A stretch of DNA of 63,859 bases from Isosphaeraceae bacterium (GTDB taxonomy: Bacteria; Planctomycetota; Planctomycetia; Isosphaerales; Isosphaeraceae). Shown here piece by piece: positions 42,684 through 51,749 of this stretch (its first letter is position 1; each line of letters begins with the position of its first letter). Made by a program: the position numbers and the translations under genes. The stretch spans positions 1 to 63,859 of the forward strand of contig CBDAVP010000006.1 of the NCBI GenBank assembly GCA_965201075.1, in the 5' to 3' direction. The notes below the pieces were generated by a model, which saw nothing but the letters and a program-made list of their open reading frames with translations, did not search any database and was not told the DNA's origin.

Positions 42684-43535
42684 CTACGGGAGAGAAATCA
42701 AACCGATCCGAACCCGCAGTGCGATGGAAAGTTTCCAAAGATCGAGCGGTATGGCGTCGTTGGACTCCTGCCAGGCTGCGACGCCCTTGGCCACATCGGC
42801 AAAGAAATCGGCCCTGGAGGGCTGCTGCCCGCTAATCCGATTCATGTCACACATCCACCCAGCGACATCGTGATAAAGTTCCTTGCCCGTGAATTCACGC
42901 CGCCACGTGCCGTCGGCCAGTCGGCCAACCGCGACGGCATGGTCGGCTGCCAGAAGGGTGTGAACGTCCGATTCCGTGGAGCGGGCCGCCTCGCCGCCGA
43001 GTTTCTTGAACCAGACCGACTCGCAAATGTACTCTCGTGCAGTTATTTCATCGACGATGGACTGGGAAGGGTCGGGAATGAACGGCTCCCGGAAACGCCG
43101 CTTCAACTCGGCGACCGTCTCGCGACATGCGGTCCACCAGCACAAATCGGCCGCCTTGGTCGCCATCCTCGCCTCGATTTCCGTGACATCGAGGCCGCGA
43201 TTGTGATAACGGCTAGCGGCCAAAGCCCAAGGATCGAGCAGGTAATTTTCGATCTCGTGGACTGGCAGGACGAACGTGCGGAAGGTCTTGGACTGGTCAA
43301 ACCATCCTGGGACGCTCGTCGGGGAATAGTCTCGATCCAAGACGCCGACGACGTTGGGATATCCTTCTTTGTGGCAGAGATCAACGATCGACTTGACGCC
43401 CTCATTGCCGCCCCCGACGTGGAAATCGGCGTCGATCGGGCTGCCCCAGAGCGCCCGCAGATAGTCCCGAGTCAGGATGTCTTCGACGACTACCATAAGG
43501 GGCGTGGTCGTCGAGATGGAAAGACTTATGGGCAT
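42684..43535 (-). CDS. TOPRIM-like nuclease (DUF4435/AriB-like)
   Basis: VVVED, GGG, GVLDRDY (DxD) and HEIENYLL motifs. Lower GC; starts 6 bp downstream of the ATPase. Confidence 0.78.
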   Translation of the reverse strand: MPISLSISTTTPLMVVVEDILTRDYLRALWGSPIDADFHVGGGNEGVKSIVDLCHKEGYPNVVGVLDRDYSPTSVPGWFDQSKTFRTFVLPVHEIENYLLDPWALAASRYHNRGLDVTEIEARMATKAADLCWWTACRETVAELKRRFREPFIPDPSQSIVDEITAREYICESVWFKKLGGEAARSTESDVHTLLAADHAVAVGRLADGTWRREFTGKELYHDVAGWMCDMNRISGQQPSRADFFADVAKGVAAWQESNDAIPLDLWKLSIALRVRIGLISLP

Positions 43536-43541
43536 GGCAGC

Positions 43542-44525
43542 TCATCCTTGGGCTCGCGCCATGCCCCAGATTTCGGCTCGAGGATCGTCGTCCGGTATCA
43601 GGAAATGTCGCTCGTACGAGGCGGCGGCGGCATAGATGGCGGGCGAGTGCGTGGCGATGAGGAATTGCGCGCGGGGCTGGAGCGACATCAAGGCCCGGAG
43701 GATGGGACCGTGCCACTGCGGATCCAGGTGCAATTCCGGCTCGTCGATGAATACGATCCCTTCGCTGTCGTCATTCAACACCAATGCCGCGAGGAACAGG
43801 AACAACTCCAACTGGCCGGCACTGAGTTCATCCACTGAAAGACGCGGCGAATCAAGGCGATGATAGAAAACCTCAAATCCGGGTGCATCCGGCCTGTCAC
43901 CACGAGCAAGCCCGACTGAAAACCTCGCGCCCTGATTGGGATAGAACTTCTCCCAAATGGTGTTGACCCGCTTGATCGACCGCGAATAAATGTCCGACCA
44001 AAACGGTTCGTCCTCATCGAACCGCTCAGCCGCCGCCGCATTGACCAACATCTGCTTGACGTTCAGAAGGCGATTTGAGTCATTCTTGGCAGGCCGACGA
44101 CCAGGTTTGCCTACCGTGACGTTCACCGGCCCGACGAGCTTGGGGGCTCTCCACGATGAGAAATACCAGAATGGAACACGCGGGTTAGTCTCGCGAACAG
44201 GGACTTTTGCCGTGTCCACCAACATTTCATCTTCGCCGAAAAAACTTTCGCTATTCCTCAATCCGGCCTGTATTTCATAGTCGCCAGCACCCCGAAAAAT
44301 GGCAGATTCGCCGGATGGGCCGACCGCCAACTTGTACCCGCCTACCGCGATCAATGCGGCTTCCAGGACTGCAGTTTTGCCGCTGCCATTCGGGCCAGCT
44401 AGGACAACCAAGCGGTTGGGCAGGCCGTCAGGTCCCTTGAAATCCAGGTCAAGTTCCTTGATCCCGCGAAAATTGCGGATCGACAAACTGGTCAAGGCGA
44501 TCGGCAGCGATCTTTCGGGAGGCAT
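43542..44525 (-). CDS. ABC-type ATPase (AAA_15/AAA_21, AriA/OLD-like)
   Basis: IRNFRGI, Walker A GPNGSGKT, signature LSAGQ, Walker B FIDEPELHLDP, H-loop ATHSP. GGAGG RBS before ATG 44525. Confidence 0.9.
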   Translation of the reverse strand: MPPERSLPIALTSLSIRNFRGIKELDLDFKGPDGLPNRLVVLAGPNGSGKTAVLEAALIAVGGYKLAVGPSGESAIFRGAGDYEIQAGLRNSESFFGEDEMLVDTAKVPVRETNPRVPFWYFSSWRAPKLVGPVNVTVGKPGRRPAKNDSNRLLNVKQMLVNAAAAERFDEDEPFWSDIYSRSIKRVNTIWEKFYPNQGARFSVGLARGDRPDAPGFEVFYHRLDSPRLSVDELSAGQLELFLFLAALVLNDDSEGIVFIDEPELHLDPQWHGPILRALMSLQPRAQFLIATHSPAIYAAAASYERHFLIPDDDPRAEIWGMARAQG

Positions 44526-44975
44526 AGGAGTTCCTCCCATTCAGGGATCGAGTAAGCCCGCAGCGAAAATTCCCCCCGCTACCGCTGCAATCTTAGCCCT
44601 ATCAGACCTTCCGTGCCAACTAAGCCCAATCGCCAATAGATCACCCAATCGGATTAATCGGCATCATTCGACAAGCGATTGGAACAATCTCGTCGTGAAT
44701 TCATAACCGAATCCCATGCAAGCAATTTCGCCGACTGGCAACGCAAAGGCTCCACAATTTTCCCCGCAAACTCAAAGGCGTAGCTATCTCGACGCGGCGG
44801 GGGAAGCAACGGTCATCGTCGATTCGACTACCGGATTACTAGCGGAGTCGCCTACGGAATACCGCGAAAATACGGCGATTTTCATCCCTCCACGCAAGCC
44901 CTTGCAATTCCCATTGTCTTGCCGTAACTCTCACCCGGTCGGGAGCTTTGGCAATCCGACGGGGTCGGCTTGGCG

Positions 44976-45020
44976 TGTCTTATAAGCGGATCGTCGCGGG
45001 TTCGAATCCCGCCGGGGGGA
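44976..45020 (+). pseudogene. 3' half of a tRNA gene (anticodon loop CTTATAA, i.e. Ile-UAU); possible att-site remnant
   Basis: Canonical spacing of loop 44979-44985, stem GCGGA, variable TCGTC, T-arm GCGGG-TTCGAAT-CCCGC and acceptor strand CGGGGGG-A. No recognisable D-arm and no CCA. Confidence 0.7.
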
Positions 45021-45076
45021 CTCGCCGAGAGGGCCGCGAGGGCGGTCGGCGAAGCCTCCATCGGCGACGACCCGGA

Positions 45077-46150
45077 TCAGGGATGCCCTGGGGGCCGCGC
45101 GTCGGCGTCGGGCGGGACCAGCGGCAGGTTGAGCCAGGCGAGGCCGAGGTCTCGGCCCATGTGCGAAATGCTGTCGCCCCCGGGAGCGTCGTAGAGCAGG
45201 GCCAGGCGGTTGCCGACCGGCAGGACCGTTGGCATGCCGATGCAGCGGCTCGACCAGGTGCAGTTGCGGCCGTCGAGGACCACCGCTTTGTGCGCGGCGT
45301 CCCAGTGGCGGAGGTCGCGGCTCCAGTAGACCCAGATGGCGTCGGTGGCTCCGAGCTGGGTGTTGACGTGGTTGGTGAACAGGAACCAGGTTCGGTTTGC
45401 CGGCTCGAAGTAGACGCTGCTGTTTTCGCAGACGTCGTCGCCGGGGAGGATGGGTTCGGGGGTTGGGGTCCAGCGGCCGTTGAGGTCCCGGGTGGTGACG
45501 AGGCCGACGTTGCCGAAGGGGCTGACTCCGTCTCGGGGGTGATAGCCTCCCCAGGAGAAGAACATCAGGAACTCGTCGCCGTCGCGGACCACCATGCCCG
45601 GTGAGGCCACGACCATTTTCGGGCCGTAACCCGGGCCGAGGTCGGCGGGGCGGAACGGGGTCACGTCCTTTTGCTTGGTCCAGGGGCCAGACGGCGAGGG
45701 GGCGCGGGCCTTCATCGTCAGGTAGGGAGGCGCCGGGATGAAGTCGGGGGCGGGCGTGGTGTTGGGCGCGGCGACGTAGAACATGTGCCAGTTGGGCCCG
45801 TCGCGGATGACCCAGGGCGAGGTGGCCGTGCCGGAGTCGCCCTCGCCGGGGGCTCCGAAGTCCAGCACCGGGCCTCGGCGGGTCCAGGTCTTCAGGTCGG
45901 GGCTGGTGGCCAGGCAGGCCAGCCACCCTTTCGGCCCACAACCGTCGTAGTGCAGGTAATAGGTTCCCTCAAAGGCGAAGACGCTCGCCTCGCGCGCTCC
46001 GTTCGCGTCGCAGAGGGCGGGCCCCTCGCCGTGGCGGAAGATCCGGCCCTCGTCGCGGGCTTCCAGCCTTGGGAGCGGTTCGGCGGCTTGCGAGGGGCCT
46101 GGCAGTCCGGCCATCAGGATCAAGGACAGGACCGTCGTCGAAGGGCGCAT
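45077..46150 (-). CDS. Secreted five-bladed beta-propeller glycoside hydrolase-like protein (GH32/43/130-type fold)
   Basis: Signal peptide; repeated blade motifs YYLHYDG, LATSPDLKTW, WHMFY, CENSSV and WSRDLRHW. Confidence 0.75.
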   Translation of the reverse strand: MRPSTTVLSLILMAGLPGPSQAAEPLPRLEARDEGRIFRHGEGPALCDANGAREASVFAFEGTYYLHYDGCGPKGWLACLATSPDLKTWTRRGPVLDFGAPGEGDSGTATSPWVIRDGPNWHMFYVAAPNTTPAPDFIPAPPYLTMKARAPSPSGPWTKQKDVTPFRPADLGPGYGPKMVVASPGMVVRDGDEFLMFFSWGGYHPRDGVSPFGNVGLVTTRDLNGRWTPTPEPILPGDDVCENSSVYFEPANRTWFLFTNHVNTQLGATDAIWVYWSRDLRHWDAAHKAVVLDGRNCTWSSRCIGMPTVLPVGNRLALLYDAPGGDSISHMGRDLGLAWLNLPLVPPDADARPPGHP

Positions 46151-46710
46151 CAGGCTTGGTTCTCGGGCCGAGTGGGTTCCAGAGGGCGCAGCACCCGGCA
46201 GGGGACCCCGGCGGCGATGACCCGGGGGGGAATGTCTCGGGTCACGACGCTGCCGGCCCCGATGGTGCTACCGGCGCCGATGGTCACGCCCGGCATCAAA
46301 ATCGCCCCGGCGCCGACCCACACGCCGTCGCCGATGGTGATTGGCGAGGCGAGTTCCGGCCCCGAGGCCCGCTCCTCCGGGTCGAGCGGGTGGTGAGCCG
46401 TCAGGACCTGGACCCGGGGGGCGAACTGGACGTCCCGGCCGATCGTCACCCGGGCGCAATCCAGAATGATGCAATCGAAGTTGGCGTAGAAGTTATCACC
46501 CAGGAAGATGTTCACGCCGTAGTCGCAGCGAAATGTCGGCTCGATGGTCGCCCGAGGCCCGACCCGACCGAGCAACTCGGCGAGAATCGTCCGTCGGCCC
46601 TCGGGGTCGTCCTCGCTGGTGGCGTTGAACCGGCGGGTGAGCCGGCGGGCCCTCAGGCGTCCGGCGACCAGGGCGGGATCGGAGGGGTCGTACAGCACGC
46701 CGGCCATCAT
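46150..46710 (-). CDS. Sugar (maltose/galactoside) O-acetyltransferase
   Basis: MMAGVLYDPSD, FRCDYGVNI, ANFDCIILD, hexapeptide repeats and AGVPCRV. Confidence 0.92.
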   Translation of the reverse strand: MMAGVLYDPSDPALVAGRLRARRLTRRFNATSEDDPEGRRTILAELLGRVGPRATIEPTFRCDYGVNIFLGDNFYANFDCIILDCARVTIGRDVQFAPRVQVLTAHHPLDPEERASGPELASPITIGDGVWVGAGAILMPGVTIGAGSTIGAGSVVTRDIPPRVIAAGVPCRVLRPLEPTRPENQA

Positions 46711-47096
46711 CGCGAACCCGGGGCCGTCGCCCGCAGCCGCTCCTCCAGCCGCGCGACCCCGTCGCGCAGGGCCGCCAACTCGGCCGCGGTCGCCCTGAGT
46801 TCGGACACCTGCCCTGCCAGGGCGTCGACCTTGGAACCCAGCAGGTCCACGCGGGAGGCCGTGGTGAACCCTTGAACGACCAGGAACGCCAGCAGAGTGG
46901 CCAGCAGGGGCACCCCGACCGACCAGACCCGGTTCCACACGGCCAGGGTGGACGCGATTCCGCCGACCTCCCTGCGCAGGTCCGGGACCTGCCCAACCGT
47001 CTCGGCCAGGCGGCCCAGGAGAGCGTTCATCCCCGCGACCTGCTGGGCCAGGGCGTCGATCTTCTCGGAGTTCGTGCCGGTGACGGGCTCGGGCAT
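46707..47096 (-). CDS. Small coiled-coil protein with one central TM helix
   Basis: Heptad-like segments flank VWSVGVPLLATLLAFLVV; stop overlaps the acetyltransferase ATG. Confidence 0.65.
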   Translation of the reverse strand: MPEPVTGTNSEKIDALAQQVAGMNALLGRLAETVGQVPDLRREVGGIASTLAVWNRVWSVGVPLLATLLAFLVVQGFTTASRVDLLGSKVDALAGQVSELRATAAELAALRDGVARLEERLRATAPGSR

Positions 47097-47119
47097 CGGG
47101 GCATCGTCCCTTGGAAGGG

Positions 47120-48412
47120 TCACAGGGTCCAGCCCTTGCGGAACTCCCGGCGCAGGAACGCGTCGGCCTCGGGGCAGTTGCGGGCCTTCAAGGCCGGGGC
47201 ATCCCAGTCGAGGGATTGGCCGGTTCGGTAGGCGACGTTGCCCAGCAGGACGGTTTCGGTCAGCGCCCCGCCGTAGTCGAAGGGGCAGGTGGTGGCCGAG
47301 CCGGTCTTGCACGCGTTGATCCATTCGGCGTGATGGCCGATGGAGTCGGGAATCGTCTGGGCCGGGGCGATGAAGTCGCGGAACTGATCCTCCGGCAGCA
47401 GCTTCCGGCGCTCGTAGTCGACCAGGAGGTGGCCCTTCTCGCCCACGAACAGGATGCCGCTCTCCCAGCCGGAGATGCCCATCTCGGCAAGCTTGGGGGG
47501 CCGAGGACCGCCGTCGTACCAGGTCAGGGCCACTGGCGGGCGGTCGCCCCGGGCAGGGAAGGCGTAGCGGACGACCAGGTGCTCGGGCCCGGTCTCGGGA
47601 TTCACGGGCGAGCCCTCGGCCGAGATCGTGGTGGGGTGGCGCAGGTCGAGGGCCCAGAACGGTAGGTCGAGGTAGTGGCAGCCCATGTCGCCGAGGGTGC
47701 CCTCGCCGAAATCCCACCAGCGTCGCCAGTCGAAGGGGTGGTAGCCGTCGTGGTAGGGTCTCGTCGGTGAGGGCCCCAGCCACAGGTCCCAGTCCAGGTA
47801 GGAGGGTACCGGCTGGGTGTCGGTTGGACGCGCCCCGCCCGACCACGTCTTGTTGCCGAGCCAGACGTGGACCTCGGCGACCGAGCCGATCGTCCCGGCG
47901 CGGACGATCTCGACGGCCCTTCGGTAGTTGGACCCGGCGTGGATCTGCGTCCCCATCTGGGTGGCGACCCCGGCCTTGTTGGCGAGTTCGGCCAGGACGC
48001 GGGCCTCGTGAACGGTGTGGGCCAGGGGCTTTTCGCAGTAAACCGGCTTGCCCGCCCGCAAGGCCAGGGCGGCGGCCGGGGCGTGGGTGTGGTCGGGGGT
48101 GCTGACGACCACCGCGTCGATGCCTCCCATCTCCAGCATCTTGCGGAAGTCGCGGAAGGTTTTGGCCTTCGGGAATCGTTCGGCCGCTTTGCCCAGGAAG
48201 CGCGCGTCGACGTCGCAGAGGGCGACGATGTTTTCCCCCTCGACCCCTTCGAGGTTGGCCGCTCCCCGGTTGGCCACGCCGATGATGGCGAGGTTGAGCT
48301 TCTCGTTCGGCCCGACCCGGGCGAGGGCCGGGCGGCCTCCCGTGACCGTGGCGGCGCCGGCGAGCGCGGCGGTGGTCTTCAGGAACGTTCGGCGGTTCAA
48401 GGGGTGGCTCAT
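47120..48412 (-). CDS. Tat-exported Gfo/Idh/MocA oxidoreductase
   Basis: Tat motif NRRTFLK; STPDHTH, YCEKPL, WDLWLGP and GDMGCH. Confidence 0.93.
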   Translation of the reverse strand: MSHPLNRRTFLKTTAALAGAATVTGGRPALARVGPNEKLNLAIIGVANRGAANLEGVEGENIVALCDVDARFLGKAAERFPKAKTFRDFRKMLEMGGIDAVVVSTPDHTHAPAAALALRAGKPVYCEKPLAHTVHEARVLAELANKAGVATQMGTQIHAGSNYRRAVEIVRAGTIGSVAEVHVWLGNKTWSGGARPTDTQPVPSYLDWDLWLGPSPTRPYHDGYHPFDWRRWWDFGEGTLGDMGCHYLDLPFWALDLRHPTTISAEGSPVNPETGPEHLVVRYAFPARGDRPPVALTWYDGGPRPPKLAEMGISGWESGILFVGEKGHLLVDYERRKLLPEDQFRDFIAPAQTIPDSIGHHAEWINACKTGSATTCPFDYGGALTETVLLGNVAYRTGQSLDWDAPALKARNCPEADAFLRREFRKGWTL

Positions 48413-48444
48413 GGTGGGGGGTCCCGGGGTCAAGTGCCTCGGAA

Positions 48445-50232
48445 TTAGAGAGAGCGAAGGTAATTGGCGAGGTCGGCGGCCTCGGCCGGGGTGAAGGCCG
48501 AACCTTGGGGGTGGCGGTGTTCGCCGAAGACGGATTCGAGCGTCGGGGCGCGGCCGTCGTGCAGCAAGGGTTGGCGGCCCGCGAGCCCTCTCAGGGACGG
48601 GGGGTTGAAGTCTCTTTGGCCGAGGTCGTCGACGAGGCCGACGTCGTAGGTTTCGGCGGTGGTGAGGGCTGGCCCAGCATGGCAGGAGGCGCACTTGCGG
48701 GCGGCGAAGACGGCGTGGCCGCGATCGGCCGAGGCCCGGAGTTCGGGCGTCGCGGGCGTCGCGGGCGGGGGCGGGTTGAGTGAGCGGAGGTAGGCCGTCA
48801 GTTCGGCCAGGGCCTCGGGCGAGGGGGCATGGCCGCGCATCGTCAACGTCACCGACTTGCGGACCTGATCCTCCAGCCGCTCGGCCACGCCCGACCAGGC
48901 CCAGGGGGCCGTGTCGCCGACGCCCAGCAGCGAGGGGACCTGCTTGGGGGCTCCGTAAGAGCCGTCTCCCAGGGTGTCGGCCCGCAGGCCGTTGGATTGG
49001 CCGTCGGTGTGGCAGCTTTGGCAACTCATCCAGCCGTCCAGCGACACCCTGGCGTCGGAGAACAGCCGTTCGCCCCGGTCGACGGCGGTGAGCTCGGGGC
49101 GGGGGCCCAGGGGAATTGTCTTTAGCCAGAGGCCGGCGACGGCGTCGACGACCGTGATCGTGTCGTCCAGCTCATCGGCGACATACACGGAGTGGGCGTC
49201 GGGAGACAGGGCCAGGGCGGTCGGGCGTCGTCCGACGTCGACCCGTCGCAGAGGGCGAGTCGGTCCGGTCGCCAGGGCGATCTCGTCGACCCCCGACAGC
49301 GCCAGAACGATCGAGCCATCGGGGCGGAAGGCCAGGGCCGAGGGGTCTCCGGCCGCGGTCCCCGAGTTCCCCACGGTGATCTGACGACGGCCGCGTCCGG
49401 GGTTGGTCTCGTCCTCGGGAGCGAACAGGGCGTCTACTTCCAGGATCTGGAGGTGATTCCCAATCAGATTCCCCCAGTGGACGTCCTGGAAGCTTGCCTC
49501 GGCTCGCGGTCCGAGCGTCTGATGGGCCAACGTGAGCGTATGGCCATCATCAGACGCAATCAAGCCGCGAATGTTGTGGGCGTGCAACGTCCGGATTGTG
49601 ACGATCTGGCCCGCCTCGGGGTCAATCGTGGCGAGCTTGCCACCGAACGCGTCGGCGACCACCAGGGCCCGGCGGTCGTTGGGGGCCTTGACCCAGGCCA
49701 GTTCTCGGGGGCGGAACGGGAGGTCGACAATCCTTGGCGATCCGAACGCGAGAACTCCGGAGTCGTTGGCGGCCCGAGTCAAAAGGGTCAGGCGACGCGA
49801 TGCGGTCGAGGTTACGGCGCACACATTGGCTTCGGGACTGACCGCCACGGCGACGGGGTCGGCCGGCAGGTCGATGCGGCCGACGACCCGGGGGGAGTCG
49901 AGCCCCGCTTCCAGAATCAGTAGGGCCGCGCCTCCGCGATCGACGGCCAGCAAGTGATGGCCGCCGGGCAGGGGGGTGAGGTCGGCCAGGGATCGCCCGA
50001 CCTGGGACTCGGCCACGACTCGGCCGGCGTTGGGGTCGATGACCGAGACGGTCCCGCAGGCGTTGGCCGCAAACAGCCGGCTGCCGTCCCGACCGAAGCT
50101 CAGGGCGACGGGCTTGCGGAACCTTACGGCGGATTCTCCTTCCCCGGCGAAGGCGACGGCGGGGCCGGTGCAGGCCATTAGCAGGGCCAGGGACCGGAGG
50201 AGCAGGGCGAGTCGGCGGGGCGATCGGGCCAA
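48445..50232 (-). CDS. YVTN beta-propeller + di-heme cytochrome c peroxidase-like protein
   Basis: Signal peptide, propeller repeats, two heme motifs (CQSCH, CASCH), PSLRG and LLHDGRA. Confidence 0.85.
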   Translation of the reverse strand: MARSPRRLALLLRSLALLMACTGPAVAFAGEGESAVRFRKPVALSFGRDGSRLFAANACGTVSVIDPNAGRVVAESQVGRSLADLTPLPGGHHLLAVDRGGAALLILEAGLDSPRVVGRIDLPADPVAVAVSPEANVCAVTSTASRRLTLLTRAANDSGVLAFGSPRIVDLPFRPRELAWVKAPNDRRALVVADAFGGKLATIDPEAGQIVTIRTLHAHNIRGLIASDDGHTLTLAHQTLGPRAEASFQDVHWGNLIGNHLQILEVDALFAPEDETNPGRGRRQITVGNSGTAAGDPSALAFRPDGSIVLALSGVDEIALATGPTRPLRRVDVGRRPTALALSPDAHSVYVADELDDTITVVDAVAGLWLKTIPLGPRPELTAVDRGERLFSDARVSLDGWMSCQSCHTDGQSNGLRADTLGDGSYGAPKQVPSLLGVGDTAPWAWSGVAERLEDQVRKSVTLTMRGHAPSPEALAELTAYLRSLNPPPPATPATPELRASADRGHAVFAARKCASCHAGPALTTAETYDVGLVDDLGQRDFNPPSLRGLAGRQPLLHDGRAPTLESVFGEHRHPQGSAFTPAEAADLANYLRSL

Positions 50233-50420
50233 AGGGGGAGACTCCCGGGTGGCGGAGGCCGTTGGCCGTACGGCCGCGCCTCATCATCACCCCTTCATCA
50301 TGGCCGAGAGGCGGCCTCCGGGCAACTCGGCTCCGCGCGGGTCTATCCGGCCCAGAGCCCAATGACCTACAATCCCGGGGGCCGACGCCCTGGCCCGATT
50401 GATTGAGGCGACCGACGTCG

Positions 50421-51749
50421 ATGTCCAACCTGCTCGCCGCCCGGCTCCAGATGGCCCTCTCGCTGGGCTTCCATATCCTGTTCGCCGTCGCTGGCGTGGC
50501 GTTGCCGCTGTTGATGGTGGTGGCCGAGGCCCTCTGGCTCCGCACCGGAGAGCCGGTGTATCGGGTTTTGGCCCGTCGCTGGGCGCGAGGGGCGGCGATT
50601 TTGTTCGCCGTGGGAGCGGTCTCGGGGACGGTGCTTTCGTTTGAGCTGGGTTTGCTCTGGCCGCGCTTCATGGAGTTCGCCGGGCCAATTATTGGGCCGG
50701 GGTTCGCGCTGGAAGGGTTCGCCTTCTTCACCGAGGCGATCTTTTTGGGGATTTATCTGTACGGCTGGGACAAGATCCGCCCAGGAGCCCACTGGCTGGC
50801 CGGGGTGGTGGTGGCCTTCAGCGGCGCGTTGTCGGGGGTTTTGGTGGTGTCGGTCAACTCGTGGATGAACACACCGGCGGGGTTTTCCGTCAGCGAGGGG
50901 CGGGCCCAGGGGGTCGACTCGGTGGCCGCGTTGCTGAACCCGGCGTTCGCGGCCGAGGCGATCCACATGACGCTGGCCTCTTACGCGGCCACGGGCTTCC
51001 TGGTGGCGGGGATTCACGCGATCCTGCTGAGGCGGGGCGATCACGCCAACCCCTTCAACCGTCGGGCCCTGGCAATCGCCTTGTCGGTGGGCGGGGTCGC
51101 GGCCTTTTTGCAGCCGTTGAGCGGCGACTACGCGGCCAAGATCGTGGCGAAGACGCAGAAGGTGAAGCTCGCGGCGATGGAGGGGCAGTTCCGCACCGAG
51201 CGTCACGCCCCTCTGAGGATCGGCGGCATCCCCGACACCAAGGCCGGGGTGACTCGTTATGCCCTGGAGATCCCCGGCGGCCTGAGCTTTCTGGCCTATG
51301 GCGACTTCAACGCCGAGGTGGCGGGGATCGACTCGTTCCCGAAGGCCGATCGACCCCCGGTGCCGATCATTCACTTCGCCTTCCAGACGATGGTCGGCTG
51401 CGGCATGGCGATGATGGGGCTGGCCGTCTGGGGCGCGCTAACCTCGAACCGGTTCCGCCGGGTGCCCGATGGCCCTTGGTTCCTGCTGGCGTTGAGCTGG
51501 GCGGCGCCGTTGGGGATGATCGCGGTGGAGGCCGGGTGGATCGTCACCGAGGTGGGCCGCCAGCCCTGGATCATCCACCGGGTGATGCGCACGTCCGAGG
51601 CCGTCACGCCGGTGCCGGGCATCTGGATCTCCCTGATCTCCTACGCGACGCTGTACGTGTTCCTGGGGGTGATTGTGTCCCTGTTGCTGGCCTATCAGTT
51701 CCGGTCGAGCCCGGACGCGGCGGCCCTGGTTGATGGGGACGACTCCTGA
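50421..51749 (+). CDS. cydA: Cytochrome bd ubiquinol oxidase subunit I
   Basis: ARLQMA..LGFH, NSWMNTP, QKVKLAAMEG and AGWIVTEVGRQPW. Confidence 0.96.
   Translation: MSNLLAARLQMALSLGFHILFAVAGVALPLLMVVAEALWLRTGEPVYRVLARRWARGAAILFAVGAVSGTVLSFELGLLWPRFMEFAGPIIGPGFALEGFAFFTEAIFLGIYLYGWDKIRPGAHWLAGVVVAFSGALSGVLVVSVNSWMNTPAGFSVSEGRAQGVDSVAALLNPAFAAEAIHMTLASYAATGFLVAGIHAILLRRGDHANPFNRRALAIALSVGGVAAFLQPLSGDYAAKIVAKTQKVKLAAMEGQFRTERHAPLRIGGIPDTKAGVTRYALEIPGGLSFLAYGDFNAEVAGIDSFPKADRPPVPIIHFAFQTMVGCGMAMMGLAVWGALTSNRFRRVPDGPWFLLALSWAAPLGMIAVEAGWIVTEVGRQPWIIHRVMRTSEAVTPVPGIWISLISYATLYVFLGVIVSLLLAYQFRSSPDAAALVDGDDS

Noticed and set aside
44571..44615. TCCCCCCG...TCCGT as the missing 5' half of the tRNA fragment (split or intron-containing tRNA)
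   Set aside because: It is complementary to the acceptor and anticodon strands, but the spacing is too long and there is no D-arm (no TAGCTCA or GG motif). Probably chance.
44990..45025. tmRNA 3' end
   Set aside because: No CCA end, no Ala-type acceptor with a matching GGGG 5' end, and a normal anticodon loop precedes the T-arm.
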